A DNA stretch of 64,000 bases from Parcubacteria group bacterium (GCA_016181765.1 JACOYR010000006.1:31664-95663); one strand, 5' to 3'. Numbered from the stretch's first letter, positions 9,867-20,212 are shown. Program-made: numbers and translations. The notes: generated by a model not told the origin, from the letters alone.

Positions 9867-10619
9867 ATGCTCGCCTACGCAATCATCGCAACACTCGCCG
9901 TAAGCCTCATCTCGCTCACCGGCATCCTGCTCCTCGCAAAGGAGGCGCACGCAAAAACATGGATCAAGAGGCTCATCGGGCTTGCCATCGGAACCCTGCT
10001 CGGAGCCGTGTTTTTTGACCTCCTGCCCGAAGCCATGGAATCGTTTGATGAGCCGCACACCGCATCTCTGATTATTCTTGCGGCAATCGTGGGGTTCTTT
10101 GCCATAGAAAAAGCAATCCACTACCACCACTGCATGTGCGATGACGAGGAAAAAGGGCACCGCAAGACCCACCTCATCATAAACAACCTCATCGGCGACG
10201 GACTGCACAATTTTGTTGACGGCACTATTATCGCGAGCGCGTTCCTGGTGGATGTACGGCTCGGCATCAGCGCCACGATCGCGGTTGCCTTGCATGAAAT
10301 TCCGCAGGAAGTTGCCGACTTCTCCATTCTGGTGTATGCCGGAATGTCGCGGCTCAAAGCAGTGCTCTACAATCTGCTCTTCGGCCTGACGAGCGTGCTC
10401 GGCGCAATCCTGGTGTTCGTCTTTTCCGACTCCGTTGAGAGCCTGGTGCCCATACTCCTTGCGGTTGCAACCGGAAACTTCCTGTACCTTGCCATGGCAG
10501 ATCTGGTTCCTGAACTGCACCACGAGCAGAACCCCCGTAAAGTCTGGATGCAGCTGGTGTGGGTTGGTTTGGGAATTCTGATCTTGTATGCCATCGGCCA
10601 AGTGGCGGGGAACGAGTAA
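9867..10619 (+). CDS. ZIP-family zinc/metal transporter
   Basis: FFDLLPEA, His-rich loop HYHHC, GDGLHNFVDG, ALHEIPQEVADF, DLVPELH. Confidence 0.93.
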   Translation: MLAYAIIATLAVSLISLTGILLLAKEAHAKTWIKRLIGLAIGTLLGAVFFDLLPEAMESFDEPHTASLIILAAIVGFFAIEKAIHYHHCMCDDEEKGHRKTHLIINNLIGDGLHNFVDGTIIASAFLVDVRLGISATIAVALHEIPQEVADFSILVYAGMSRLKAVLYNLLFGLTSVLGAILVFVFSDSVESLVPILLAVATGNFLYLAMADLVPELHHEQNPRKVWMQLVWVGLGILILYAIGQVAGNE

Positions 10620-10638
10620 AAAGGTGTATACTGAATGC

Positions 10639-11714
10639 ATGCGCAAAAATATAGCACTGCTCACCTTGTCCATACTCGCGGCAGCCACGCTCGCGGCTGA
10701 TGCTGCGGCCGCGCAGGAAACCGTACCCGGATACGAAGACAAAATCTTCAAAGCCCGGGTGATTGAAATTCTTGACGAACAGACAATCACCGATGAGTAC
10801 ACGGGCACGAACGCAATGCAGCAGAACCTCCGCGTGAGAGGCCTTGAGGGCGAGTGGAAAGATGCGGAGTACGAGACTGAAGGCATCTCGGACGTGATTA
10901 TCTCCGAGAGCAAGACGCACGACGTTGGAGAAACCGTGTACGTCAACCAGAGCATACGGCCGAACCAGGAAGATCGGTTCTTTGTGATGGACCACGTGCG
11001 CACCAAGTCCTTGTGGTGGATGGCCGCGCTCTTTGCGGGAGCAGTGCTGGTTGTCGCGCGATGGAAGGGCCTGCGCGCGCTCGTGGTGCTCGCAGCCACG
11101 TTCGCCATTATCATCAAACTTATTATTCCCCAGATTATTGCGGGCCAAAGCCCGCTTGCGGTAAGCATCTTCGGATCAATCAGCATCCTCTTTCTCGCCA
11201 TCTTCGTCACCGAGGGCATCAGCAAAAAAAGCTGGGTCGCGTTCGGAGCTATTTTGATCGCGCTGCTCGCGGTCATCGGCCTCTCGGAGTGGTTTACCGC
11301 TCTTGCCAAACTCTCCGGCGTTGCGACCGAAGAGGCAATGTACCTCATGAGCGTCGGGGAGTACGCGTTCAACCTGCGCGGGCTTTTGCTTGCGGGCATG
11401 GTCATTGGAGCCCTGGGTGTTCTGGATGACACGGTGGTGAGCCAGGTCTCGCTCGTCAAGGAACTCGTCAAAGCAAAGCCGGACATGCGGCGCGCGGCTG
11501 TGTTTAAGACAGCCATGCGGGTGGGCACGGACCATATCAACGCCATCATCAATACCCTGTTCCTCGCGTACGCGGGCGTCTCGCTCCCGCTCCTGGTGCT
11601 CTTCGTGATTTACGACCAATGCGCACGCTCGCCGGCTCAATCGCGCTCGTGCTCTCCGTGCCCATTGCCACAGTACTCGCGGTTGCCGCGTTCTGCCGCG
11701 GCCGAGCATCTTAA
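10639..11714 (+). CDS. YibE/F-family membrane protein; frame break near 11615
   Basis: GLLLAGMVIGALGVLDD, VGTDHI..IINTLFLAYAG.SLPL. The canonical C-terminus (RTLAGSIALVLSVPIAT) is in another frame, 11619-11714. Confidence 0.85.
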
Positions 11715-11734
11715 AAGTAGTGTAGAGCGAACCC

Positions 11735-12269
11735 ATGAACACGCGATCCATCGGAATCAAGTACTACCTGCTCAAGGAGATCAACCCCCTCATCCGGCTC
11801 ATCATTGTGTCGGACATTTTGATCGTTGGCGGCACGGCCATGCTCGCCCCGATTTTCGCGCTCTTCATTGAGGGGTACATCCGCGGGGGCAACGAGCAGG
11901 TGGCTGGCGTTGCAGTGGCCCTCTTCCTCATCACCAAGAGCCTGTTCCAGATCCCGGTTGCAACCATGATTGACCGCATCCGGGGGGAAAAAGACGATTT
12001 TGTGATCCTGGTGCTGTTCTCTCTGTTAATGTCCTTGACCCCGCTTCTGTACCTCGCGATCAGCGAACCCTGGCACCTCTACGTGGTGCAGGTGGTGCTC
12101 GGATTCTTTACGGCCATGACCTTCCCCTCGTTCATGGCAATCTTTACGCGGCACATTGACCGCGCCGTACACCATTGGATTCCACGCGCTCATCGTGGCT
12201 GTGGTGTCCATCTCAACGGTGGGCTCGCTCATGCTCGTCTCCATAAAGCCCTACCTGCAAAAGCGCTAA
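11735..12269 (+). CDS. Half-size MFS-like transporter; frame break near 12160
   Basis: LAPIFALFI...SLFQIPV...DR..GEKDDF...AIFTRHID. The last TM (IGFHALIVAVVSISTVGSLMLV) is in another frame and ends at TAA 12269. Confidence 0.7.
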
Positions 12270-12323
12270 GCGCATCCGCGCAATTCACTACATCACGCCA
12301 TGTGTGGTATACTATATGGTACC

Positions 12324-13802
12324 ATGGCAATTTTTGACGCGGTGCTAACGTTTGTCCTTGATGTGTACCGAGAGCTCCAGCTCGCGGGCGACCCTTTTTA
12401 CGCTGCTCTGATTCTTGTAGTGAACGGGCTCTGGATTCCGATTGTGTTCATCATGTTCGCGAACGCGAAAATCGCGTGGCAGGAATGGCGAATGGGCGTA
12501 TACCACGATGCCAGGCGGCGCTTCATCCTGCTCGCCATTGACGTGCCCCGCCTGAACGAGCAATCCCCCAAAGCCGTGGAAAACATATTCACGCAGCTGC
12601 ACGGCGCGCTCCCGGGCCACAACACCAAGTACCAAGAGTGGTGGCTCGGAAAAACTCCGGATTACTTCAGCGTTGAGCTGGTGTCCATTGAGGGCTATGT
12701 CCAGTTTTTGGTGTACACGCAGGAAGAGTACCGCGACATGGTGGAGAGCGCGTTCTACTCCCAGTACCCGGACGCCGAAATCACGCAGGTGGAAGACTAC
12801 GTGTACGGCCAAAACGGGGAGTTCCGAAACATTGTCTTCCCGAGCAAGGAGTACGATCTGCTCGGCTGTGAATTCGTGTCTACCCGGCCAAGTGTGTACC
12901 CTATCCGCTTGCACATAGACTTTGAACATTCACTCTCCCAGGAATTCAAAGACCCCATGGCCGCACTGCTTGAGAGCATGAACAAGATCGGCCCCGGGGA
13001 GCAATTCTGGTTCCAGTGGGTCATTACCCCGGAGTACGACGAAAACTGGCAGGTCGCATCAAACCGGGAGGCTATGAAAATCGCCGGAAAAAAAATAGAG
13101 GCTTCGGAAAATGTGGTTGATAAAGCAGTGGGCGCCCTCGTCAGCCTCATTGACGCAATCGGCACTGCGGCGTTCCCGTTCTACAACCAGAGCGAGGAAT
13201 CGCGAGAGCTGGATCGGGAACTGCCGAGCTTAATGCTCCACCTGACCCCGGCCGAGCAGCGCCGGATTGAAGCAATCCAGATGAAAGCGGACAAGCACGG
13301 CTTCTGGACAAAATTCAGGTACATCTACATCGCAAAAAAGGGCATTGCCTCCAAGGCGCGGGGTTTGGCGCCTATTACCGGCGCCATGAAGCAATTCAGC
13401 GCGCTCAATCTGAACACGCTCAAGCCGCACAGGTATACCAAAACATGGGGGTTATATTATATGATGGTGGAAAAGCGCGTGGCGCGCCGACAGAACAACC
13501 TCATCCGCGCGTACCAGGAGCGGGCCCGCAGCGCCGGCTCAAACGGCATTGTGCTGAACACCGAGGAGCTGGCAACGCTTTACCACTTCCCGACCGAGGT
13601 GGTAAAGGCTCCGCTCGTTTCCCGCACCCTGTCCAAGCGCGGGTCAGCTCCTGTCTCCTTGCCCGTGGAAGGGGGGCCCCGGACATTGCGCACGTCCCTG
13701 GACGCACAGCCCGCGCAAGGCGCGCATTCCCGCCCCGCCACAGTCCAGGAGGCGCCAGCATCGCACCACGGGCAAGCCCCGAGCAACCTGCCGTTTGTAT
13801 AA
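12324..13802 (+). CDS. Conserved CPR membrane-anchored protein, of the type associated with VirD4/HerA-like ATPase loci
   Basis: LLAIDVP....QSPKAVE.IF, FSVELVS, VESAFYSQYPDAEI..VEDY, YPIR, DPMAALLE, LNTEELATLYHFP, P.NLP motifs. Family assignment is from recall. Confidence 0.65.
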   Translation: MAIFDAVLTFVLDVYRELQLAGDPFYAALILVVNGLWIPIVFIMFANAKIAWQEWRMGVYHDARRRFILLAIDVPRLNEQSPKAVENIFTQLHGALPGHNTKYQEWWLGKTPDYFSVELVSIEGYVQFLVYTQEEYRDMVESAFYSQYPDAEITQVEDYVYGQNGEFRNIVFPSKEYDLLGCEFVSTRPSVYPIRLHIDFEHSLSQEFKDPMAALLESMNKIGPGEQFWFQWVITPEYDENWQVASNREAMKIAGKKIEASENVVDKAVGALVSLIDAIGTAAFPFYNQSEESRELDRELPSLMLHLTPAEQRRIEAIQMKADKHGFWTKFRYIYIAKKGIASKARGLAPITGAMKQFSALNLNTLKPHRYTKTWGLYYMMVEKRVARRQNNLIRAYQERARSAGSNGIVLNTEELATLYHFPTEVVKAPLVSRTLSKRGSAPVSLPVEGGPRTLRTSLDAQPAQGAHSRPATVQEAPASHHGQAPSNLPFV

Positions 13803-13841
13803 ACAAAAAACATACGCTCCCCCTGCTGGGGAGCGTATGTT
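13803..13841. terminator. Intrinsic terminator, best oriented for minus-strand transcription
   Basis: AAAAAACATACGCTCCCC-CTGCT-GGGGAGCGTATGTT. Confidence 0.8.
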
Positions 13842-14161
13842 GGTATACTCTTCTCTTTTTCTATGACGTATTATTTCGTAATAACATAGCATAAGGTCTA
13901 CGTGCTTGATGAGAGCAAGACTGCCTCGCATCTTTCTCCAGAGGCAGTCTTGTTTGTTTTCCGTTGGTTTTTGAAAGAACACAATTCTGTCCCGGCGCAG
14001 ATGCCGCCGGGCATTATAATCATCCTATTTGTTTTGATTTTTGGCCATAATTGGCGCGTAGATGATTGGCGTTTGCTACCTATGCTCATCTCTAGAATAT
14101 GAGCATACGAAAAGGCACTTCACGGGTTGCGAAGTGCCTGGTAGGAAACATACCTAAAGGA

Positions 14162-14190
14162 AGTATAGCACACCTTTAGACAAAAGTCAA
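14162..14190 (-). promoter_or_regulatory. Strong sigma70 promoter on the minus strand
   Basis: Minus strand reads TTGACT-N17-TATACT with extended TG; it points into the ORF-poor 13840-14155 region. Confidence 0.7.
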
Positions 14191-14211
14191 GAATTTAGGT
14201 ATGGTGTAGCC

Positions 14212-15630
14212 ATGCTGACTGAACAGCGCATCGCAAAAAACACCCTGTACCTGGCCACAGGAAAGGTGCTCTCAACCGGCCTCGGCGTATTGACCGTGGC
14301 ATTGCTCTTGCGGTATCTGTCGGTTGATGACTACGGCAGGTACACCACAGTGCTTGCATTTATCCTGCTCTTCGGCACGTTTGTTGATTTTGGGCTGAAC
14401 CTTACCACCACCCAGGACATCTCACTGCCCGGCACTGATGTTGAGAGGACCATTTCCGCGATATTCACCTTGCGCCTCTTGGTGAACATTGTTTTGGCGC
14501 TCTTGCTGCCGGTTATTCTGCTTGCGTTCCCGTATGAACAAACCGTCAAGAACGCGATTTTGATTTCATCGGTGCTGTTTTTTACGTCTTCCTTGTTCCA
14601 GGTGCTTGCGAGTTATTTCCAGAAAGAACTGCAGGCAGGTAAAGTCGCGTTCGCGGAACTTGTGGGGCGGGTTGCGCTGCTTATGACAACTATGACAGCG
14701 ATTTACTTTGGGTTCTCATTTATTGAAATCATGCTCACCATTGTTGCCAGCTCTTTAACCCAATTCTGGGTGTTGGTGCGGTTTACGGCCCGCGCCATCA
14801 AACTGGAACTGGTTGTTGACCGAGCTATCTGGGCGCGCATCATATCAAAAACCTGGCCAATCGCTTTGTCTGTGATTTTCACGACCATTTACTTTAAGGG
14901 TGATGCTATCATCCTCTCGTTGACCAGGCCGTACCAGGATGTGGGCATCTACGGGGCAGCGTACAAAATCCTGGAAGTGCTGATAACCGTTCCCATCCTG
15001 TTCATGGGCTTGGTATTACCCCTGCTCTCGCGGCAGTTCAGCCAGAATGATACAAAAGGATTCAACAGCACCATCCAAAAGGCATGGGACGCGCTGGTGT
15101 TAGTGACCGTCCCCCTGGTGGTGGGAACCCTTATCCTTGCTGAACCCATAATGACACTCATCGCGGGCAGCGGATACGAGCCTTCAGCCGGCGTTCTTCG
15201 CATCCTTATTGTGGCTGCGGGGTTCATCTTTTTGGGCAGCCTGTTTGCTCACGCCGTGGTTGCCATTGGAAAACAGAAGCAGATGATTAAGTACTACGCG
15301 CTCGCGGCCGCTCTGGCTGTGATCTTGTACATCATCTACATTCCGGCCTACACCTACTATGCCGCGGCAGGCGTAACCGTGCTCTCGGAGTTTTTGATTG
15401 CCCTGGCAGCAGGAATCATGGTGTGGCGCGCATCCTGGTTCAAGCTTTCTCTAAGAGGATTGTTAGCATCACTCGGTGCGAGTACTGTGATGGGAGCAGT
15501 CCTGTACGCGCTCGCGGGCCAGAATGTGCTGGCGGCACTGCTCGCGGGTACTGCCGTGTACGGCCTTGGGGTGTGGGTAATGCGGTCGCAATTCTCATTT
15601 GTCGGGTATGAGCATGCGGACCATCGGTAA
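14212..15630 (+). CDS. Wzx-type polysaccharide flippase
   Basis: IAKNT...GKVLS, RYLSVDDYGRY, DFGL, DVGIYGAAYKI; about 14 TM helices. Confidence 0.9.
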   Translation: MLTEQRIAKNTLYLATGKVLSTGLGVLTVALLLRYLSVDDYGRYTTVLAFILLFGTFVDFGLNLTTTQDISLPGTDVERTISAIFTLRLLVNIVLALLLPVILLAFPYEQTVKNAILISSVLFFTSSLFQVLASYFQKELQAGKVAFAELVGRVALLMTTMTAIYFGFSFIEIMLTIVASSLTQFWVLVRFTARAIKLELVVDRAIWARIISKTWPIALSVIFTTIYFKGDAIILSLTRPYQDVGIYGAAYKILEVLITVPILFMGLVLPLLSRQFSQNDTKGFNSTIQKAWDALVLVTVPLVVGTLILAEPIMTLIAGSGYEPSAGVLRILIVAAGFIFLGSLFAHAVVAIGKQKQMIKYYALAAALAVILYIIYIPAYTYYAAAGVTVLSEFLIALAAGIMVWRASWFKLSLRGLLASLGASTVMGAVLYALAGQNVLAALLAGTAVYGLGVWVMRSQFSFVGYEHADHR

Positions 15631-16570
15631 AACGCGCGACCCGTGGGCGCAGGCCGTACAGGCGAGTATTCCGGGCGCGGCCAAAACAAAAACGGTCCTG
15701 CTTGTCGGAAGCGCGGCGCAAATTTTTGCTACGCTGTTTTTCTGGATTGCCGGTTACCGGATTCTCTGGCTGGGGAGCCACAACGCACCTGCCGGCATAA
15801 AGGGTATTAAACCCTGTGTTAGCTCCTCGGCTCGGAAATGGAAAAGATTACTTTTCCATTTCACTCGCCCTACGTCGCTAATAACAAAACAGCTCATGCG
15901 CATTACAAGCCACGCAGCGCATGCAATCCTCGCCCCGAACCAGGCAATTGAAGCCCAGTATCTGAAAGCCGGGATTTCTGACAAAAAACTCTCACTCATC
16001 TATCCCCCGTGCGAAACTGAAACGCTTGATGCGCACAAGGACGGTAACGCATTTACCATTGTTTGCGACGGCGAAACCGGCATAGAGTATGGTTTGGGCA
16101 TGATTATGCGCGCTGTCCGGGACGCCCAAGACATCCTCGGAAATATACGGCTCGTCATCGGCGGCACCATCACTGACCGCGGCCGCATTGAGTGGCTTGC
16201 CAAGGAACTTGGGCTCTCGGACTCGCTCAAGCTCGTGCCCGCGCGGGGGTATGATTGGATTGCGCAGGGTGACGTATTTTTGTTCATGCGGAATGGCAGT
16301 GGCCAGATTCCGCTTTCCTTGGCGCACGCCCTGGCATATGGCAAGCCCATCATCACTAATGACGCGCTCAATCACCGCGAATTTGTGGTTCACCGCAAAA
16401 ACGGCATCCTGCTTAAGGATGCTAATAGCGATATGCTCTCCCAGGCCCTCATCAACTTTGGCCGCAAGCCGGAATGGTTGGCTGAATTGGGGCGCGAATC
16501 CGCGCAATTCGCTGCGGAGCGGTTTAGTCCGGATGCCGTGCGGAAAAAAATTGAGGCGCTGATCCCGTAG
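15608..16570 (+). CDS. GT4-family glycosyltransferase (divergent), carrying an in-frame palindromic insertion
   Basis: C-terminal ALAYGKPII......EFV....NGILL and RFS pattern of GT-B/GT4. Confidence 0.7.
   Translation: MSMRTIGKTRDPWAQAVQASIPGAAKTKTVLLVGSAAQIFATLFFWIAGYRILWLGSHNAPAGIKGIKPCVSSSARKWKRLLFHFTRPTSLITKQLMRITSHAAHAILAPNQAIEAQYLKAGISDKKLSLIYPPCETETLDAHKDGNAFTIVCDGETGIEYGLGMIMRAVRDAQDILGNIRLVIGGTITDRGRIEWLAKELGLSDSLKLVPARGYDWIAQGDVFLFMRNGSGQIPLSLAHALAYGKPIITNDALNHREFVVHRKNGILLKDANSDMLSQALINFGRKPEWLAELGRESAQFAAERFSPDAVRKKIEALIP
15819..15881. repeat. 63-bp palindromic element, copy 1 (in frame in the GT4 gene)
   Basis: TTAGCTCCTCGGCTCG-GAAATGGAAAAG-ATTA-CTTTTCCATTTC-ACTCGCCCTACGTCGCTAA; second copy at 25737-25797. 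Confidence 0.8.
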
Positions 16571-16603
16571 GACCAGCGCCTGTTCTCCAAACGACAGTGC
16601 CGC

Positions 16604-17983
16604 TTACTCCGCGGCCACACCGAGCCGAGCGAGCGCCCGGTGCCCGATGTCGGGCCGATGATACTCGCCTGCAAACGAAACGCGGGCTACTCCCTCGTAC
16701 GCGCGCTGGACTGCGGAGGGAATGGAATCAGCCAGAGCCGTGATGCCGAGCACCCGGCCGCCATCCGTTACCCACGTCTCATCGCGTAAAGACGTGCCCG
16801 CGTGGAACGCCATGAGGTCGCCCCACGTGCCAAACTCCCCCAAACCGGAGATGGGCTTGCCTTTCTGGTACGCGCCCGGATACCCGCCGGATGCCATGAC
16901 CACGCACGCGGCCGCACGATCCAGATCCAGCTCAAGGGGACCAAACTCACACAGCCAGCCGCGTGCCGCTGCCAGGCACAGCCCCGCGAGATCAGACTCA
17001 AGCAGCGGGAGCACTACCTGGGCCTCGGGGTCTCCGAACCGGCAGTTGAACTCAACCACCTTGGGCCCGTCTTGCGTAATCATGAGCCCGACATACAGCA
17101 CCCCGCGGTACGGCGTGCCGCGCCGCCGCATTTCCGCCAGCACCGGATGAATGATCAGCTCCCCGACCTCGGCAACCAAGGCCGGAGTCATCACTGGAGC
17201 TGGCGCATATGCACCCATGCCCCCGGTGTTCAGGCCAGTATCGCCCTCGCCGACTGCCTTGTGGTCCTGTGCCGGTATGAGGGTCGCAAACTCCTCCCCG
17301 TCGCAGATGGCGAACAAGGATGCTTCCTCGCCGGACATGAACTTCTCCACGACGATTGAATGAACCGCCTCACCGCCGTGGACGCGCTCAAGCAGCAGTT
17401 TGGTGATGGCGTGCTCAAGCGCCTCATCGGTGGCCGCGGGAAAAACGCCTTTTCCGCCAGTCAAACCAGATGGCTTTACCACGGCCACCAAACCCGCGTC
17501 CCAGAACCGACGCACAACCCGGCGGACAGCTGCCGGGTTGGGATTCTCGACGAGCTCGTACGGAGCAGTGGGAACGCCAATCTCACGCATGAGGCCTTTG
17601 GCAAACCCCTTGTCAGTCTCAAGCCTGGCCGCAGCCATGGTGGGACCAAACACCAGAAGCCCGACCGCCTGGAACGAATCCACAATACCTGCGGCCAACG
17701 GATCTTCGGGCCCCACGATGACGAGGTCAATCTCCTGCCGAAGCGCCCAGTCCCGCAACTTGCCGATCTCAACCCAAAGTTCCGTGAGCCGGGAGAACGG
17801 GATGTCTAGCCTGAACTGCGGCAGCACTCTCGCCACTTGAGAAATGCCATCACTGCCCGGCGCGCAGTAGAGGTCGCACTCCGGGCGCTGCTTTTGAATC
17901 AGCCAGCAGATGGCGTGCTCTCGGGCGCCCTTGCCAATAACGAGAATCCTCAAAACCCTCTTGAGAGCCCCGCGAATGCTCAT
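16604..17983 (-). CDS. purD: Phosphoribosylamine--glycine ligase
   Basis: ILVIGKGAREHA, VGPEDPL, ARLETDK, GKGV, QDHK...GDTGLNTGGMGAY, EFNCRFGDPE, FHAGT, GGRVL; GGAGG SD upstream. Confidence 0.95.
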   Translation of the reverse strand: MSIRGALKRVLRILVIGKGAREHAICWLIQKQRPECDLYCAPGSDGISQVARVLPQFRLDIPFSRLTELWVEIGKLRDWALRQEIDLVIVGPEDPLAAGIVDSFQAVGLLVFGPTMAAARLETDKGFAKGLMREIGVPTAPYELVENPNPAAVRRVVRRFWDAGLVAVVKPSGLTGGKGVFPAATDEALEHAITKLLLERVHGGEAVHSIVVEKFMSGEEASLFAICDGEEFATLIPAQDHKAVGEGDTGLNTGGMGAYAPAPVMTPALVAEVGELIIHPVLAEMRRRGTPYRGVLYVGLMITQDGPKVVEFNCRFGDPEAQVVLPLLESDLAGLCLAAARGWLCEFGPLELDLDRAAACVVMASGGYPGAYQKGKPISGLGEFGTWGDLMAFHAGTSLRDETWVTDGGRVLGITALADSIPSAVQRAYEGVARVSFAGEYHRPDIGHRALARLGVAAE

Positions 17984-18006
17984 GTCGTCCTCCAAGAGAT
18001 GATGAG

Positions 18007-18723
18007 TCAGGGATTGATCTTGAGCGCGGGCGCGTTGGCCTGCCCTACGAGGCCCTCTTCGCCCGGGCGCACGAACGGCTCAGCGTAGTACCGCTCTGAT
18101 CTCCACAAGCGGCAGCGCAGGGAAAGAATCTGGAGCGTCTCAATTTGCACCTCCCACTCAATGGGCAGTGCGCGCGCTTGTAGCGTCTCGGGCGTGTCGC
18201 CGTCGTGGATGGGAACCATGCCGCACCTGATGACCTCGCCCCGGTCAAACTTCTCGTGCACGCGCTGGGATATCACCAGGGTGTGGTTAACCATCCTGCC
18301 CCCGCGCTCCGCGAGCAGCCGCCTGAACTCAAGGACTGCCGCGTGCGGCCGCTTGCCGTACATGCCCTTGCCGCCGAACCAGTGCGGAGCCGGGTGCTGG
18401 TTGTTGCCCGAATACAGGCGTACCACATCCGGCGGAGTCAATTGGAGCCAGCCGTACTGGCCATACCACGCAATGTCGCGCGCGTGGAAGGACTCGATGA
18501 TGGCCTCGCCGTACGCCCTGTGGCTCGGGTAGTCCTTGCGCCGGAGCATCACGATGTCCTGCGCCGCCATACCTAGTTCGCGCGCTTTGTCGCACGCTCC
18601 ACAAGGCCGGTCCACCAACAGCAGACGGGGCTCAATGTTGACAATCCTGCCGCTCGCGATCGCCTGCATGATAGCCTGAAACGTGGTTCCGCCGCCGGAA
18701 GCGCAAAACGCCATGGGTATCAT
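18007..18723 (-). CDS. purN: Phosphoribosylglycinamide formyltransferase
   Basis: ASGGGTTFQAI, NQHP catalytic motif, FGGKGMYG..PH, FDRGEVI, DTPETLQAR. Confidence 0.88.
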   Translation of the reverse strand: MIPMAFCASGGGTTFQAIMQAIASGRIVNIEPRLLLVDRPCGACDKARELGMAAQDIVMLRRKDYPSHRAYGEAIIESFHARDIAWYGQYGWLQLTPPDVVRLYSGNNQHPAPHWFGGKGMYGKRPHAAVLEFRRLLAERGGRMVNHTLVISQRVHEKFDRGEVIRCGMVPIHDGDTPETLQARALPIEWEVQIETLQILSLRCRLWRSERYYAEPFVRPGEEGLVGQANAPALKINP

Positions 18724-18847
18724 CTGGGATTTCTCCCGCGTAAAAAGTGAATGAACTTTCCATGCCTATCGGACAATTACCATACCATATTTTTAAATTT
18801 CCGCAACCACAAAAAGCCCGAACGCACGGGTCTGTTATAGTATACGC

Positions 18848-19906
18848 TTACTCCGCGATAATCGGCTCTAACTCCAAGGTGATGCCGAACTTCTGGCGGA
18901 CCGCAGTGCGGATAACCCCGGCAAACTCCAGAAGCTCTTCTGTAGTGCCGTTGCGATTCACCAAAGCCAGGGTGTGGTTTTCGGAAATCCCGACCGCTCC
19001 GTGCGCATGCCCCCTCTGGAAGCCCGCATGCTCTATGAGCCAGGCAGCCGGAACCTTGATGCGGTGCTCGCTGGTTTCAAAAAACGGGATTTCTTCGGCA
19101 ACCTGCTTGCGGCTTGCGTGCCACCGCGCCGAGAGCGCGGCAAATTCTTTCTGCGAGAGTACAGGATTGGTGAAGAACGACCCGCAGGAACGCGAGTTCG
19201 GGTCGCGCGAATCCAGCACCATTGATTTTGACTTGCGCAGCGCCAACACCGCTTTGCGGATCTGTTTCAGGCTGACATCCAATGTGCCAAACAGGCCCGT
19301 GAGCTTGTCTGAAAGCTGGGCGTAGTGGACAACCGGCTTTGCCCCATTGAATAGGCGGTACGTGACTTCGGTGATGATGTACCTGTCCTTGCTGTACCCC
19401 TTGAACCGGCTCATCCGGTACCCGAACTCGCACTGCCCGTTGGTGAAGCTCGCCTCTTTGAGCGTCCTGCGGTCCAAGGCTTTGACGTGGAAAATGACGT
19501 CAGAAACTTCCTGGCCGTACGCACCCACGTTCTGGATGGGAGTTCCGCCTACCGAACCCGGAATGCCGGAAAGTGCCTCAATGCCCACAAGATTTTTGGC
19601 AATTGCCTTCTTCACGACATCATCCCAGATCTCGCCCGCTGCCGCGGCAACAAACGTGTACCCGTCACTGGCTTTGAATTTGACGCCTTTCAAATCAACT
19701 TTGACGACCAGGCCGTTAAACCCCTCGTCCTTGAAGACGGTGTTGCTGCCGCCGGAGAGGATCCACACCGGCATATTCTTCTTGTCCGCATACTGCAAAG
19801 CCTTCTTTAGTTCATCAATCGTTTCAACCGCAACAAATTCCTCGGCAATTCCGCCGAGTTTTATAGTGGTTAAATCAGCTAGCTTGATGTTCTTCTTTGG
19901 CTTCAT
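18848..19906 (-). CDS. murB: UDP-N-acetylmuramate dehydrogenase
   Basis: GGSNTV, GIPGSVGGTPIQNVGAYG, FGYRMSRFK, SCGSFFTNP, PAAWLIE, H.LALVN, LELEP. Confidence 0.95.
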   Translation of the reverse strand: MKPKKNIKLADLTTIKLGGIAEEFVAVETIDELKKALQYADKKNMPVWILSGGSNTVFKDEGFNGLVVKVDLKGVKFKASDGYTFVAAAAGEIWDDVVKKAIAKNLVGIEALSGIPGSVGGTPIQNVGAYGQEVSDVIFHVKALDRRTLKEASFTNGQCEFGYRMSRFKGYSKDRYIITEVTYRLFNGAKPVVHYAQLSDKLTGLFGTLDVSLKQIRKAVLALRKSKSMVLDSRDPNSRSCGSFFTNPVLSQKEFAALSARWHASRKQVAEEIPFFETSEHRIKVPAAWLIEHAGFQRGHAHGAVGISENHTLALVNRNGTTEELLEFAGVIRTAVRQKFGITLELEPIIAE

Positions 19907-19914
19907 GGATGTAG

Positions 19915-20004
19915 TGGCGGAGAGGGTGGGATTTGAACCCACGAGGACTTTGCAGCCCTACCGCTTTTCGAGAGCGGCGCTTTCAACCACTCAGCCACCT
20001 CTCC
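19915..20004 (-). tRNA. tRNA-Ser(CGA)
   Basis: Reverse complement GGAGAGG...CCGCT-CTCGAAA-AGCGG, long variable arm, GGTTCAAATCC, CCTCTCC-G-CCA. Confidence 0.95.
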
Positions 20005-20124
20005 TCGTCACAGTCGGACTCTAGCTTCCGTGTCCGAGTGAAACTCGGCCACTTCAGCTGTCGTCCGCCTTTTCCTCACAGTTTTGCGCTTAACCGACCT
20101 GCGGTCGGCCCAAGCGCAAAACTG
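20005..20124 (-). repeat. Structured tRNA 5'-flanking element, copy B
   Basis: Minus strand: CAGTTTTGCGCTT-GGGC-CGACC-GCA-GGTCG-GTT-AAGCGCAAAACTG-TGAGGA...GACGA, directly joined to tRNA-Ser +1. Confidence 0.85.
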
Positions 20125-20212
20125 AAAAAGACTACTGCAAGAATACTTAAAAAACCAAAAAAAAGCAACCCAAAACATGGACAAAAGAGCCGGATTATCA
20201 TATACTGCACTT

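Noticed and set aside
9837-11552. 571-aa minus-strand ORF, and similar long antisense ORFs such as 37306-38586, 38579-39748 and 55381-56358
   Set aside because: These are shadow frames opposite well-supported genes, with Ser/Arg/Thr-rich non-protein-like composition.
13840-14155. tmRNA, RNase P RNA or SRP RNA
   Set aside because: No tRNA-like ends, no GAGGAAAGUCC-type P4 motif and no SRP helix-8 motif were recognised; kept only as an unknown ncRNA candidate.
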